Positions 15,001-30,000 of a DNA stretch of 64,000 bases are shown here, piece by piece. Both the position numbers and the translations under genes were made by a program. The DNA is from Chitinophagaceae bacterium (GTDB taxonomy: Bacteria; Bacteroidota; Bacteroidia; Cytophagales; JASGCU01), in contig JASGCU010000001.1 of NCBI GenBank assembly GCA_030053935.1, forward strand, positions 14,738 through 78,737. The letters run 5' to 3'. The notes beneath the pieces are model-generated. The model did not search any database and was not told the origin of the DNA. It was given only the letters and a program-made list of their open reading frames with translations. Position 1 is the stretch's first letter, and every line of letters starts with the position of its first letter.

Positions 15001-18000
15001 CTAATGTTATACTATATGTTCCAATAGGACTCAAGAAAGTAGCATTTGTACTTATCGTTGGTTTTATGGCTAATATTGTGTCTATATCGTTATTTTTAAA
15101 TCCTGCATAAGTATAAGTCAGAATAGGATTATTTACTCTTACAAAACGTGTTTTATCGTCTACGGAAATAGAAAGACGGGCTTTTTGAATAGTAATAGTT
15201 GCTTTTATTGTATCAGAAGCATACACGGTACTACCTGTTTGAATACCAAGTATGGTCACTGTTCCATTCTTTTTTATTTTCAAGGTATAGTCTACAGCAG
15301 TTCCTTTGGGAGGGCTTATAGATACTATGTTTGTATCTAAAGCTATAATAGTAGAAACGGGTAGACCTGTAGAAGATACGTTGAGATTAGTAATAGGAGC
15401 ATCTCCGTAAGTTTTTACGGAAGGAATATTCACAAAAGTAAGAGTTTGTTTTTTTAATAATTTGCCTATACTGAATACTCCGTAAGAATTGGGAGTTGGA
15501 ATAAGTTTATATGTTATAAGAGAATCATTTCCTAATCTATTAGCTTTGATAGAAACAAGGTTAGCAGAAAGAGTAGTATCGTTTTGAGAAAGGAGTAGTT
15601 TATAGGTAGTATCTATTTTTGTGCGATTTGTTTCAAATGTGAAAAAGATGCTATCATTTCCTGTTCCGATTTTATTATATGCAAAAGTTCTCTTTAAAAG
15701 ATGATATTTTTGAGTTCCTATTTTTGTTTCTTGGAATGTATCTTTTTTATTATTATCTCCGTATATAAAGTAGTTATTGTTTTGCAGAGCATCCGAATTT
15801 GAATATACAGCTCTTACTTTGCTGCTTCCCTTTACGTTTAAGAGTGTTTGGTTATTTTCTTTTCCTATTCCTGTAACATTATAGTCATAATTTCCTCTCG
15901 TAGTATCATCCATAGTATATATATCTTGAGATGATAACAAGAAATTATATTTTGCAGAAAGGTGGTTAGAAAGGATGTTACGTTCTACAACATTGATATC
16001 TCTATTTATTAAAATAATTTCTTTTATAGTTCCATTCCACGATTGGGTTCCATTAAAATAACTTCCAAGTTTAAGTGTATCTTTTGTTTGGCTTACAAAT
16101 GTGGATCCTACTTTTGTATTATCATGGTATAATAATGCGGAATCTGCAGCAGATATTACTCTATAAGCGTAGAGAAGGTGATTGGTAGCAAGGGTAGAGT
16201 TAGCCGTGATTTTCAGATCTCCACTTCCAAAGAAAGCCAATTTATCATCTTTCTTTCCGAGGGAAAAACCACCACCTCTTTGGGATACTCCGAAAGATAG
16301 TATATATCTTTCTCCGATTGTTCCATCAGTATTGTTTATAACGGCTAAAAGAGATCTCTTCGCTCTATTAATACTTGGAATATTTGGCATTTGATATGAT
16401 TTTCCGTCCGTAAATAAAAGTCCTCCGTTCGCAGAGTAAGTAGCTTGTTTTGATGCATTAGTTTGAATAGCATCGAAACCTTTTCCTGACTTGTCTTTCC
16501 ATATCTCTACAGGGTTGTTGGGTGTAAAAGTATTTCCATTTCCGTTTATATCATGCCCATCAAGCCAAATCGATACATCACCATCTATTCCTATATTTCC
16601 CACTCCTGCTAATTGTCCATAGTTATTAGTAATAGTGAGAGTACCTGCGGGATTCGGGAGTATAAGATTATAATTCTGTGGTAGCTTTGTAGATATAGGA
16701 GAGGTAAGGGTTACGTTATACATTCCTGAAGGAGAGTATTGATTTGTATTTACAGACACTGTGGGTCTATTTTCCAAAGGAAGTTCTGTTTCATTATTTT
16801 TAAGTCCGTTATACAGCAGAGTGAAATTTTTATCTGTATTTCCTATAGGTCTTGTGACATTACCAACTGTTATAGTAAGATTTGCTTTTTTGACGGTAAA
16901 TATTTGAGTTACAGAGATAGCGGGGTTTGTTTTATCGTTTCCTTGCTGTGATATAGTAATAGTAGCAATTCCTGGGAACCTTACTATCGCTATATTGGAG
17001 GAAAAAGACACAACATTTGTGTGAGAACTGGAATAAGTAAGTAATAATCCTGCGGAAGAAGTGGCATTACAATAGTAGGGATCGGTTCCATATTCTTGTG
17101 TTAAAGCTGCAACAGGAATAGGAGTTATAGTTTGTGGTATTTTCGTGACTACGAAAGTTTTTGATACACTCAAAGCAGGATAAAAACTTGTATTTCCTGA
17201 TTGCATAGCGGTAATAGTAAATGTTCCTACTTTGCTTATAATTGCCGTATTCCCTTGTATAGAAGTATTTCCATCAGAAGAACTATAAGATATGTCCAAT
17301 CCAGAAGAAATAGATGCATTCAAAAATACTACTGCATCATTAAATCCATTCGGGAATGTTGTGTTTGCTATGTTTGAAAATGTGATACTTTGGAATTGTT
17401 TTCCCGAAATTATTTCTATAGTTTGACTTTGTGTAAAAGGCAAATAGTATATATTTTCATTTACATTTGCGGTAATACTGACAGTTCCTACTCCTGCACC
17501 AATCTGGACTGTATTGCCTGTAACAAGAGCAATATTTGTGTTAGAACTATTATATACTACGGGTAGTCCTGAACTTGCAGAAGCAGGGAGTACTTGCTTC
17601 TGAACATAATTTAAGTTAAAATTGACACTTTGGTACGACCTAAATATTCCTATATTTGTTATCTGATAAACGGGCAAGTAATTTGTATTTCCTGTTTCGT
17701 ATGCGGTAATACTTACTATATTAACAGGGGCTTGGATTCTAAATGAATCTCTGACTATTACTATTTGAGTGGCAGAAGAGCTGTATAGAATAGGGAGACC
17801 TGAATTTTTATACGGTGCTGTAAGTACTGCTTGTAGTTTTGTATATCCTCCGGTAGAAAATATATCTGTACTATTAAAAGTAATTATTTGGGATGATTTA
17901 TGTACTCTTAATAGAACACTATCTCTTACCGAAAGGTATGTTCCATTTCCATTTTGAATAATATGTATATAAGTAGTTCCTACATTGTTTATGTTCAAAG

Positions 18001-21000
18001 TATTCTGAGAGATTGTTGCCACAAGGGTATTTCGGGAAAAATAGCTGACCGCTAATCCCGATGATGACTGTCCTTCTAGTTGTATAGATGGTTCTCCATA
18101 AGTATGGTCGGTAATAAAATTATTAAAAGCTACTGTTTGAGGGGTTGACCCTGCTGTTTCCCTTCCTATAGTAAATACACCGCTTGTAAGGGTTCCAAAG
18201 TCCACATTATATCGGATACTATCTGTAAATATATCTGTATGAGAAGGGTTTATAACTGTTACACTTACTCCCGAATTGAAAGCCTTTGCAGAAGTGATAA
18301 CAAGATTATCATTGGCAGTAAAATTATATCCCGTGATTCTAAATGTTATAGTGATATTTCCTATCCCTGTATTTGATACTCTGCGTTGGTTAAATCCGTA
18401 GCTGCTATTGAGAAGGTTAAAAGTTCTATTATCTGCAAAAGTAGTGCTGGTTCCGGTTGCTAAAACAGGAGGGGTTACATTATCAGTAGTAGCACCACAA
18501 AAAAAGTAAGTTCCTGTACCTGCACTATTTATATTTGGAACAGAAACAGATAAGACACCAGGGCTTTGGGTTCTGCTCACAAAATCTATGGAAGATTCTC
18601 TTCCTACACCTATCACATGAAAATCGTAATTACTCCCCACACTATCCATAGTATAGTAATTATTACCTATTTCATCTGTATTGTATTTAGCGGCCAAGTG
18701 GTTAGATATGATATTTCTTTCGGTATGATTTATTGCTCTATTATAGAGTATTACTTCTCTAATAGAACCTTGCCATAGTCCGGCATTACCAAAAATATCA
18801 CCCGATTCTGGAGTTAGCCTCTCTCCTATGAAGTAGGATCTATTAAGGTTTGTATTGTTTGCTCGGGTTCTGGTTCCTATAAGGTTATTTGCTACATACA
18901 CTGGTGTAGAATTACTGGTATTTACTATGGCAGCTACTATAATATTATTAGTACTGGAAAAAGCAGTAGAGACAAATCCATTATCTAAGCGTGGGCAACC
19001 ATACATCGACGGTTCGGGTATAGAAAAGCCTATCCCGGCTGCATAAGATGTTCTTTTTCCTATAAAAAAAGCAGTTGATGTAAAACAATCTTGTCCATCG
19101 TATCCATACACAAAAGCAGCTCTTCCACCAGTGTTTCCCTCTATTCCTGTATTTGTGCTATTAGCTACCACAAAAGCAGATCTTGAGTTTCCACCACCTG
19201 GGAATCCATTCACACTCCCTGAATAACTACTAGATATAGAAACCCCCCCTCCATTACTTATTAAATTATTAAAATTTCCTCCTCCCGTAGCATTATTTCC
19301 TCTTCCTGATTTATCTCTCCATGTACCCACTGATGTTCCCGCTGTAGGATTGGTATTATTTGCATTTATATCTCTCCCGTCTAACCAAAGAACTATATCT
19401 GTGTTTGTTCCTCTATTTCCTATTCCTCCCGGTCCTGGTCCTGTGTTATTTGTAGTAATAGCTGAACGAATATTAAGTGTTCCATGAGTAAGGGATATGG
19501 TATAATAAGGGTTTGCATTTTTGAATCCCGATACCGTATCTAATCGTATAGTATAATTTCCAATAGGACTGGTAGTAATTGCAGTAGTAGTTGCAATGGG
19601 TGGGAAATTAATTGTTTGGTTACCTAATCCTGTATAGGTGATAGTAAAAGTAGGATTTGCAGTCCCTTGTATTTTGTTCAAATTATCAGCGGTTATACCG
19701 AGTACTTTACGGCTAATAGTAAAAGTACGAGTAATTGAAACTGGAGTATATGCCACACTTCCGCTCAAAGTAGCTGTGATAGACACTGTTCCCGTGCCTC
19801 TTATGGTTGCTATATTGTTATTTAAAGATACAATAGTATTGGAAACAGAAAAGGTTATAGGGTTACTGTTAGAAGAATAGGTCTGAAGTATAAAATCAGT
19901 ATCTCCGTAGGTCTTGTTGAGGATACTTGCAAAAGTAAGGGTCTGAGAAATTCCTTTCGTTCCTATACCCAATACCCCCTTTTTATATATACTATCTCCG
20001 TTAAGAGTAAATGTTATATTCTGAGGAGTTGCTTGAGATGGTTTTATTATCTGAAGTCCTTGTGATTGTAGTGTTTTATCTTTAAAGAGAAAAAGGCGCC
20101 ATGAGGTATCTGTTTGTGAAATATTAAAAGTAAGATCTATCGTACCAATATTTCCTGTTCTTTCGTATGCTATTTTTCGTGGTATAAGCAAGTAGGAAAT
20201 AGAAGGTAATAATTTAATACCCGATGTTTGAGAAGAGCTATCATTATCCGCCCAAATAAAATAATTTTTAGAGCCAACAAAAGCATCTTTTTTTTCTACA
20301 CCGAGTATCCCTGTTCCTATAGAAGAGAATATTTCTATGTTATTTTCTTTTCCAATACCTGCTAAATTATAATCATAGTTTCCACTATCAGGTTCATCAA
20401 GGGTATAGAGGTCATTTGCATATAGTTTTGTTCCATATTTTGAAGAGAGATAATTGGTTATTATATTTTCTTCTACTGTGTGTAAGGATCTATTAAATAC
20501 AAGCGCTTCTCTCAAGTAGCCGTTCCATTCTTTTAAGCCTATTCTAAAATGAGTATTTCCAGTATTATTAATGATACTGGTGTTAGTAGAATTATTATCT
20601 AATGAAACTGTTATATCATTATTGTTATGTGCTATTCCTTTAAATAAATGGTCAGAGTCATCTAATTCAGCAAAATCTGTATAGTTATTTCCATTAAAGA
20701 ACACGAAATTATTTTGTGTTCCATTATTTTTAATACCAAAAGCACTTACTCTTTTTGAAGCCTCGCTGGTATCACCATAAGAAAAAAGATATTGAGTCGA
20801 TTGAGGGAAGAGTTCTTGAGTTTTTCCTACTATAAAAAGAGATCTTGCATTATTACCTGTAGGGATTCCATTATTTCCAAAGTCATAATAATCATTATTT
20901 CCATCAAAGAGAATACCACCTTTTTCATTCAAACCCATTATATATCTTCCTCTATTGTTGATGTTATTTTGAATGGCATGATTATTTCTTCCTGATTTAT

Positions 21001-24000
21001 CTGACCATTGAACAATATAAGTAGATAAAAGAGATGCATTTTTTAATATTTCTCTCCCATCTAACCATAAAACAACATCATTATAAGTTCCTAATGTGCC
21101 TATTCCTGCAGGTCCATTTGGAAAAGATAGAGTTAATATCCCAGATACGGGGGTAATATTATATTTGTTAGAGTAGAAATTATTACTGTTTACATCTATA
21201 GTATACTGTCCATTTTGAGAAATATCAACGGGTGAATTAACGGTAGCAAAAGGGATATTTATATTTCCTAATGTTAAAATATTATCATTATTTTTAAAAC
21301 CTGTAAAAGAAATAATATATTTTGGAGTCGTTCCTTTGTTGATAGATATATCTTCTGCTTTTGCTACAAGGTTTGTTTTTACTACTTGAATTCCTATTGT
21401 TACAGGTGGTATGGCTTCGTAAACCGCATTACCCGTATTAGATACGGTAACAGTTGCTATTCCGCTACCATTAGTTTGGATAGAATTATTTTGGATAAAA
21501 ACAACACTTGTATTATTAGAGGAAAAAGAAACTGGTAACCCTGCACTTGTTGTTATATTAAGAGGTATAGGAGTATCTCCATACATCATATTAATATTAT
21601 GAGAAGCGAGATTATATGTTTGAGTTCTTTTATGTACGGTAAATACAACACTATTTGAATTACTACTATAGTCTATCCCATTTGTTTCGTAATAAGCAGT
21701 TATAATAGTAGTTCCTCCTCCAATAATTTTCATTGTATCTATTGTTGTTCCATGTATAGTAGCTACTTGTGGATTAGAAGAACTATAGAAAACAGGAAGA
21801 GAGGAAGGGATTATGGAAGCGGCTGTAAGTTTCACCGGGAGTATATTTGCACTATATGTTATAGAGTTCAGTTGATTGCCTCCAAAAGTAATAGGAGGAA
21901 TAATAAGATTATTTATATTAATAATAAGTGCTGTATGAGGTGTTAGTTGACTATAATTGGCATTCCCTGGTTGATAAGCAATAATAGTAGCTGTCCCTGC
22001 TATCCCTTTAAAAAGAACCGTACTTCCAGAAATCAATACTAAGTTTGTTGCAGATGTGCTGTATGTTATGGGGAGTCCTGCATTTGTAGTACTGATGAGT
22101 GTATAAGGGGCTGTATTGCTCGCATTTCTATATATTGTGGTGAGAGGAAATGTGAGAGATTGGTTGGCTTTATTTATGAGAAAAATTCTGGATACTGGGG
22201 ATGCGGCCGCGGTATCCGGACGTCCTGATTGTGTAGCTGTTACTGTTACTTGTCCTATTCCTAAGAGTGTAAGAGTATTACCGATAAGAGAAGTAACCCC
22301 AGACGCTGGAATAGATGATATAGAATAAGAAACGGGTAATCCAGAAGAAGCAGATGCATGTAATGGTATAGAACCACTTCCATACTGCCGAGACGCTATA
22401 GGAGAGAAGGTTATTGTTTGTGGTATAATCGGTTTTGCTAGGGCAAATATTCCGGAACTTGCTGTTGTATTTATTTTGTATTCTATTTGATATATATTAC
22501 TATTTTGAATATTCGGTTCTATTACTACGACATTATTACTACTAAAAGTAGTATCTGTGCTATTTGGATAGAGTAACAATTTGTAGTTGTTTGGGTTTGT
22601 ATTATTTACATAAAATACAAATGTTATTTCTCCCATGTAGGTGGTTTGGTTAAACCCATATTTTTTATTCATAAGAGCGTAGGGTATATTGCTAATAATC
22701 GTTTTTTGAGTATTATCAATATTAGTAGATCTATCATTTTCTCCCCATATAAAGTACCCATTGTTGGTAATTTGTGGCACCGATACTAATAAGATTCCGG
22801 ATCCTTTAGTATTCGTAACGATTTCTGTGGCAGAGTTTCTTCCTATACCCGCAACATGAAAATCAAAATTTCCTCTGACAACATCGTCCATACTATACAA
22901 ATCATTCGTTATAGAAAAATTATATTTTGCGGATAGATAATTGGCTATTATATTTTGTTCTACTGTGTTAACTTCTCTATTATATAAAATAAACTCACGA
23001 ATAGACCCTTTCCAAAACTCGGTTCCCCATACATTATTTCCTAATCTAAATGTTGTAGTACCTGTATTGAAATTTGATAATGCTGTTCTATATGCATTAT
23101 CAAAATTGTAAATAATATCTCCAGCTACAGTATTTGACATGTTTGCTTGGAACAAGTGATTATTGATGTTCGCATTATCTGTAGCATGGTCATTCTGCCA
23201 CCCAATAAAACCTAAACTAGTGGGATATTTCCCAAAACCAAAATGCTGAGATTGGGCAGATACTCCTCCATATGCATTAAGCCATCTATATACTGATTCA
23301 TTTATATCATTTGTATGCGCAACTATAAAAAGAGATCGAGCGGAAGTTCCGGTAGGAAGTCCCGAATTGCCCATGGGATAGTTATCATTACTACCGTCGA
23401 ATAACAATCCTCCTCCGTTGTTTGCGAGAGAAATAAATGTTGCTTGGTTTGCAGAAGTAGATTGCGTAGCATTATTTCCTCTTCCTGATTTATCCGTCCA
23501 TGTGGAAACAGATACTCCATTACTTGGATTTGTAGCATTTCCATTTATATCTCTCCCATCTAACCAAAGGACCAAATCATTATTTGATAAAACACTTCCT
23601 ATTCCTCCTGGTCCATTGGTGTTAGAAGTAATCGTAAGGGTTCCGGATGGATTGTATGTATATCTATATGCCAGAGTAGAAGCATTATTTAATCCCGAAG
23701 TATCTATAAAAGTAATGGGATATGTACCAATGGATGAATTGGTATTAGCAGTTGTAGTGAGATTGGGTCTTTGAATTCCTAAACTATATACATTATCATT
23801 CCATACAAATCCCGAGTAAGATATTGTCAAACTTGGGTTAGAGGTATTGACATACTTAGTTTTATTATCAGGGGTTACGGTAAGGAGTGCTTTTTCCACT
23901 GTAATCACTATGTTAATAGTAGTGGGAAAATAATTTTCATTACCTGATTGTATAAGAGATATAGTAGATGTGCCTACTCCTACCATGTAAAAATTATTTT

Positions 24001-27000
24001 GATTGATACGGACTACATTTGTCTGTTGGGATACGTAAGAAATTGGTAGACCTGATGTAGCAGATGCATTTAATACTACCTGATTTCCGTATGTTTGTTG
24101 GGATGATAAAGAGAATTGTATTGATTGTGGTTTTAATACTTTTATTATGGTAAAATATCCTGTGGGTAAAGATACTGTTGCATTATAGGTAATACTTGTG
24201 CTATTAAAACTTGTGGGGGTAATGGTATCGTAATTTGATAGGTCTTTTTGTGAGCTTATGAGTAGTAGGTATTGGGAGTTGAGATTGGGAATATAGAATT
24301 GAAAGCTTATGTTTTTACTTCCGTTTTTATTACTAAATGCAAATTGTTTATGAGTGGATAAAAAATGGGTAGTTTGTGAATTTTTGGTTACGGAAATATT
24401 TGAAAAATCTGTAGATAAATTATTATCTCCCCATATAAAATAAGAATTTGGAGAAAGAAGATCTCGTGAGGTTATGTGAGCAATACTTGTTCCTTTAGCG
24501 GATAGTACAATTCCATCGTTTTCAGCACCAATACCAGCTACATGAAAATCAAAATTTCCATTGGATGGTTCATCCATAGTATAAATATTCTGTAGTGGTG
24601 CCTCAGTATTGTATTTTGCAGAAATATATTCTTGAAGTATATTTTGTTCGGTGCTATTTAATGCCCTATTATAAATAAGGACTTCGTATATTTGTCCTCT
24701 AAAGAATTGATTGGGGATTGTATTATCTAAAACTCCTAATCTATACATACTATTAGGAAGAGTAAGAAAAAGGGAAGTGTTTATATTTTGTGAAGTATTT
24801 ATAAAACTACCATTTCCATTATTCATCTTCCATATAGCTATTTGAGGTGTTGCTAATTTTATAGAAGATACAATACTAGTGGTACCTCCTCCAAAAAAAG
24901 AAAGATTTTGAGAGGTATCTATACCCAATCCTACAAGGTTATTTGAGGTATTCGTTCCATAAGCCAAAGCATATTGAGAAGAGGTAATCTTTTTAATATT
25001 TGTATTTTTCAGGGCAATAAGTATGGTTCTATTTTGATTAGAAACAGGAATAGCATTAGATCCAAATTCATAAAAATTGGTGCTCCCGTTAAACAAAAAC
25101 CCTCCCTCATTTCCATTTGAACCTGCAAATAGAGGAACTTGATTAGTTTGGGTTGCATTATTATTTTTATTAGATTTATCTTTCCATTGATACACAGGGG
25201 TAGAAGCGGATGGATTTTCTCCGGTTCCAAAAATATCTTTTCCGTCAAGCCATAATACTAAATCTTGAGAAGATCCTATCCCTGCAGGGCCATTAGGATT
25301 TACAAAATTTAAAGTTCCCGATTGGATAATAAAAAAATAATTTTGAGAAGAAAGGTTATTTGGTATATTTACATCTATTTGATAAGAACCATTGGTAGTA
25401 ACAGGGATAGTTGTTGTTACAAGCGGTTTTGGATATATAATTTCTTCCCCATCGGAGTATTTAAACCCTGAATACGATACAGTAAATAAAGAATTATTAG
25501 GAATGGAAGTAATTGTTTTATCGTCTGCTTTTATTGTTAATGGGGCTTTATCTATAGAAAAATATCTAATAATGGGGTATGCAGGCGAGTATTGATTTGC
25601 TCCTGATTGATATGCAGTAATAGGGATATTATTACCTGCTCCTCTTATAGATAGAGTATTTGAATGTATAGAAATGAGAGTACTAGAACTAGAAAAATAC
25701 ACGGGTAATCCTGAAGAAGTAGATGCTATAAGGATAAAAGGAGAATCGCCGTATACTTTATTATTGATTCCTAAAAATGTTATATACTGTGTGTTTTTTG
25801 TAATATTTAAAATACGGGTAGTGGAGCTGGATAGATAATTTGTATTCTCAGGGTAATAAGCAGTTATGGTTACAGTTCCCCCTTCGTTTATTTTTATTGT
25901 GGTATCGATTTGTGTGGTTATTACTTGTGCAATATTGGTATTAGAACTGCTATATAAAACAGGAAATACTTTCCCATCAGAAGTATTCGCTTTTCCGTTA
26001 ATACGAAAAGGATCATCCCCAAAAGTATGGTTTGTTATCCCTGAAAATGTTACTGTACTCAAATATTTACTGGTTATTATGAGTGTTTGAGTAATAGGGT
26101 CAGCGGGATTATAATTGGCATTTCCTGTTTGTTGTGCGGTAATGGTAGTAGTAGCTGGTGGTGTGCCTGTTATTATTATGCTATCGTTAGAATTAACAAT
26201 TCTTGCTATCATAGGCAGAAAGTCCAATGTATATTGAATTGGTAATCGGGAACTGGCAGTAGGTTTTACATTATAAAAGCTTCTATGAAGGATAGATAAA
26301 ATGGGTACGGTTCCAAAATCAATAGTTTGGTTTGCTTTTACAACAGTAATTGTTTGGGTTACATTTTGTGATGAATAAGATGCATTTCCTGTATGGTATG
26401 CAGTAACAGATGCAATACCTGAACCTTGTATTCGTAAAGAATCGGGAGATATAATAGAAACTACAGATGTATTACTACTAGAAAATAATAAAGGGATGCC
26501 GGATACCGTACCTGTTATACTGAGTTTTATGTTCTTATCTCCGTATGTTTTCTGTGAAATTATATTTGAAAAAGTAAGAGATTGAACAGCTTTATTTCTT
26601 ACCAAAGTAAAATAACCGGATGTTCTATTTCCTACATTTATATTTTGAAATTCTATAGTGGTAGAAGTTATATTAGTAGGAGAAAGAACCAAAGGTGTGG
26701 TAGAAAAAGTACTGTCCGCTGATAGTACTAATCTATATCCTGCATGAGTATTTCGTATAGTGAATAGCAAATTCATATTTCCAATAGATCCTGTTTGATG
26801 GAAAGCGTACGTTTTTACTAATCTGTTTTCATACAATGTCCCGATTACTGTTGTAGGAGTGTTTGTAAAAGTACTGTCTGCGGTGTTGTTTTCCCCCCAT
26901 ATAAAATATGTTCCGTTTGATGGTATATCTTGGGTTTTTGTTATTCTTAGAATACTTCTATGGGTTTGTACGGATAAAGATGTTTGATTTCCTGAAGCAT

Positions 27001-30000
27001 CTTTTCCTATACCCGCAACCTGAAAATCAAAATTTCCTCTGACAGCATCGTCCATACTATACAAATCATTCGTTATAGAAAAATTATATTTTGCGGATAG
27101 ATAATTGGCTATTATATTTTGTTCTGCCCCATTAACTATTCTATTATATAAAATAGCTTCTCTAATAGAACCTTGCCAATATTCACCTCCTATTCTGTTA
27201 TTTCCTAAACGAAATACTCCGCTACCGGTATTTAATCCTGTTGCATCAGATCTCACGCCATTATCAAAATTATATTTTGCCGTTCCCGAAACCATATTTG
27301 CATGGAATAGATGTATATTTGTATTTGCATTATCGGGAAACACATCATTTCCCCATCCAAAAAAACCTAATCTACTAGTTGATGTTTTTCCAAATCCAAA
27401 GTTTTTATTACCAGTACCAGCATTATCTCCATAAGCAAGTATATGTCTGTATCCCGAAGTACTTATATCATTGGTATGTGCAACTATAAAAAGAGATCGA
27501 GCGGAAGTTCCGGTAGGAAGTCCCGAAGTGCCCATGGGATAGTTATCATTACTACCATCAAATAAGAGTCCTCCTCCATTGTTTGCGGGAGAAATAAATG
27601 TTGCTTGGTTTGCAGAAGTAGATTGGGTAGCGTTATTCCCTCTCCCAGATTTATCTGTCCATGTGGCAACAGAAGACGATGCAGCAGGGTTTATACCATT
27701 TCCATTGATATCTCGTCCATCAAGCCATAGAATCAAATTGCTTGTACTCCCAGTAATATCGACTCCTGCAGGCCCATTTGTTACCGTAGGTGTTGGTAAT
27801 AATACTTCTAAAGTTCCCGTAGTTATAGAAGTAAGTTTATAATTAGGAACATTAGCTGTCCATCCCCCATTTGTGGTAGTGTCTACAGAAATAGTGTAGT
27901 TACCATTTACATTAGGATTTGCTGGAGTAGTGAAAAGAGTTGGTGTATATAGTATATTTACAAAAAGGTCATTATTTACAAATCCATTATATGAGTAGGT
28001 AAATAGAGGGTTAGGATTCGTTTGTATTTTTTGTTTATTATCCACCAGTATATTCAAAGATTGACGAAATACTCTCAAAGTATGAGTAACAGGAACAAAA
28101 AAATCATTTGTGTTAACGTAGGCAGTAATATGAGTAGTTCCTGCTCCATTTATTCTGATGGAATCTCCAAAAACACTGGCTATAGCAGTGTTAGAACTAC
28201 TAAATAGAATAGGAATCTCTGAACTCACACTGCCTGTGAGTCGGAATGATGCATTACCATAAGTTCTATGCGGTAATGATGAAAAACTAATATTATGAAA
28301 GGTGTTATTTACATTTCCAATATTTGTTGTGGTACCTGTTGAACTCTGTGCTACTGAAATAGTAGAATATTTTCCTAACACAAAATAACCTGTATCTATA
28401 CTATTAATAGAAGTCGAAAATACTATTTGGTTATTGGATACTGTAATAGGTTTTAGAATATTTGCATTTTCAAAATTTTGATTTTTACTGATGATTAATC
28501 TGTAAGTAGTATCTAAGTTAGGAATAGAAAAATGAAAGGTAAAATTATGAAATATTTCGGAAGAGTTTGCTTTATACTGTTGAAATCCATATTTTTTATG
28601 CATTATATAATATGATTTTCCATCAATGTTAGTAGTAGAGTTGGGTATAGTGGCATTTTCATTATTATCTCCCCATATAAAATATTTCTCATCTCCAGAT
28701 ACAAGAGGAACAGATACTCTTAATATTCCTGTTCCTTTACTTGTAATAAGGGTTTCTCCGTCTGTATCTATACCTATTCCTGCTACGTTATAATCAAAAT
28801 TTCCTCTATTAAGATTATCTAATATATAAAAATCTTTTGAAGTAAGCAATGTATTGTATTTTGCAGAAAGATTATTGAGTAGAATATTATAATCTATTTG
28901 TCTTAATACCGTATTGAAGAAGAGAACTTCATAGATGTTTCCATTCCAGAATTTTTGAGCAGTTCCTATTTCAGCACCTATTCGGAATGGAGAATTTACG
29001 GAAGTATTAAAACCATAGTTTTCATAACCCGATGAAAAACTATCTCCTATCTTTATATCTGTTCCGTTATTATTACCGTCTTCTGTAAGTGATAGTATTT
29101 CAAAGGTATTTGCTGCAATAGAAGTGTTTATATCTGTTCCACTATAAGCACCTGTAAAATAATTATTACTATTATTTTTACCCAAGAAAAAACCATTTCC
29201 TGATTGTGGAACTCCATAAGAAAGTGCTACCTCGTCGCCAGAAGTAATATTATTTTTTAAAACTGCTATAATGGTTCTTTCCCCTGAAGAAAATCCTTGT
29301 AAAGATGGCACTTCAAAATATTCTTGATTCGTTCTATCAAAATAGAATCCACCTAATGGATCTGCTAAGGTAGAACCTAATCCCGAACTATGTATCATAG
29401 CATGATTTCCTCTTCCTGATTTATCTCTCCATTGAGAAACGCTACTATAAGGAATAACTGCGTTACCATTGCCATGTATATCACGTCCATCAAGCCATAA
29501 TACTAAATTTTCTAAAGAGGTTCCTCCGATAGTAGTATTTCCTTCTACTACTCTATAAGTAGTATTTTCTATTACAATACTGTATTTACTACTTCTCAAT
29601 CCTGTAGTATCTACTTGTAAAGTATACGTTCCTATTCTAAAAGTATCTACCAAAGCAAAATTCGGAGTAGGTAAACGAGAGAGTGAATTATTTTGATTAT
29701 CTCCTGTTACAAATCCCGAATACGTAAATGTTTCTATAGGTCCGGCATGCCCCAATAAGTGATCAGACCCAACGACAGGAAATATATGTAATGTTTTTTG
29801 AGATACAGATAGATTTTGTGAATATTCTACGGGATAGTAACCAATATTTCCCGTATTGTATGCTGTTATAAGAGCTTCCCCTGCTCCAATAAGAGTAAGA
29901 GTATTTCCATTAATAGAAATAACTCTCGTGTTAGAAGTCGAATAGATGAGTGGTAAATTCACATCAGAATTCTGTGGGACTACAAGCGGAGATGCTCCGT

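Noticed and set aside
29460-29881. Apparent pair of compensating frameshifts inside the giant ORF
   Set aside because: This was my own block-counting slip at two line boundaries during hand translation. On re-reading, the sequence (…aactg|cgttacc… and …cttccc|ctgct…) keeps the frame, and the LWLDG Trp codons on both sides (30791-phase, 29495, 27725) share the same phase.
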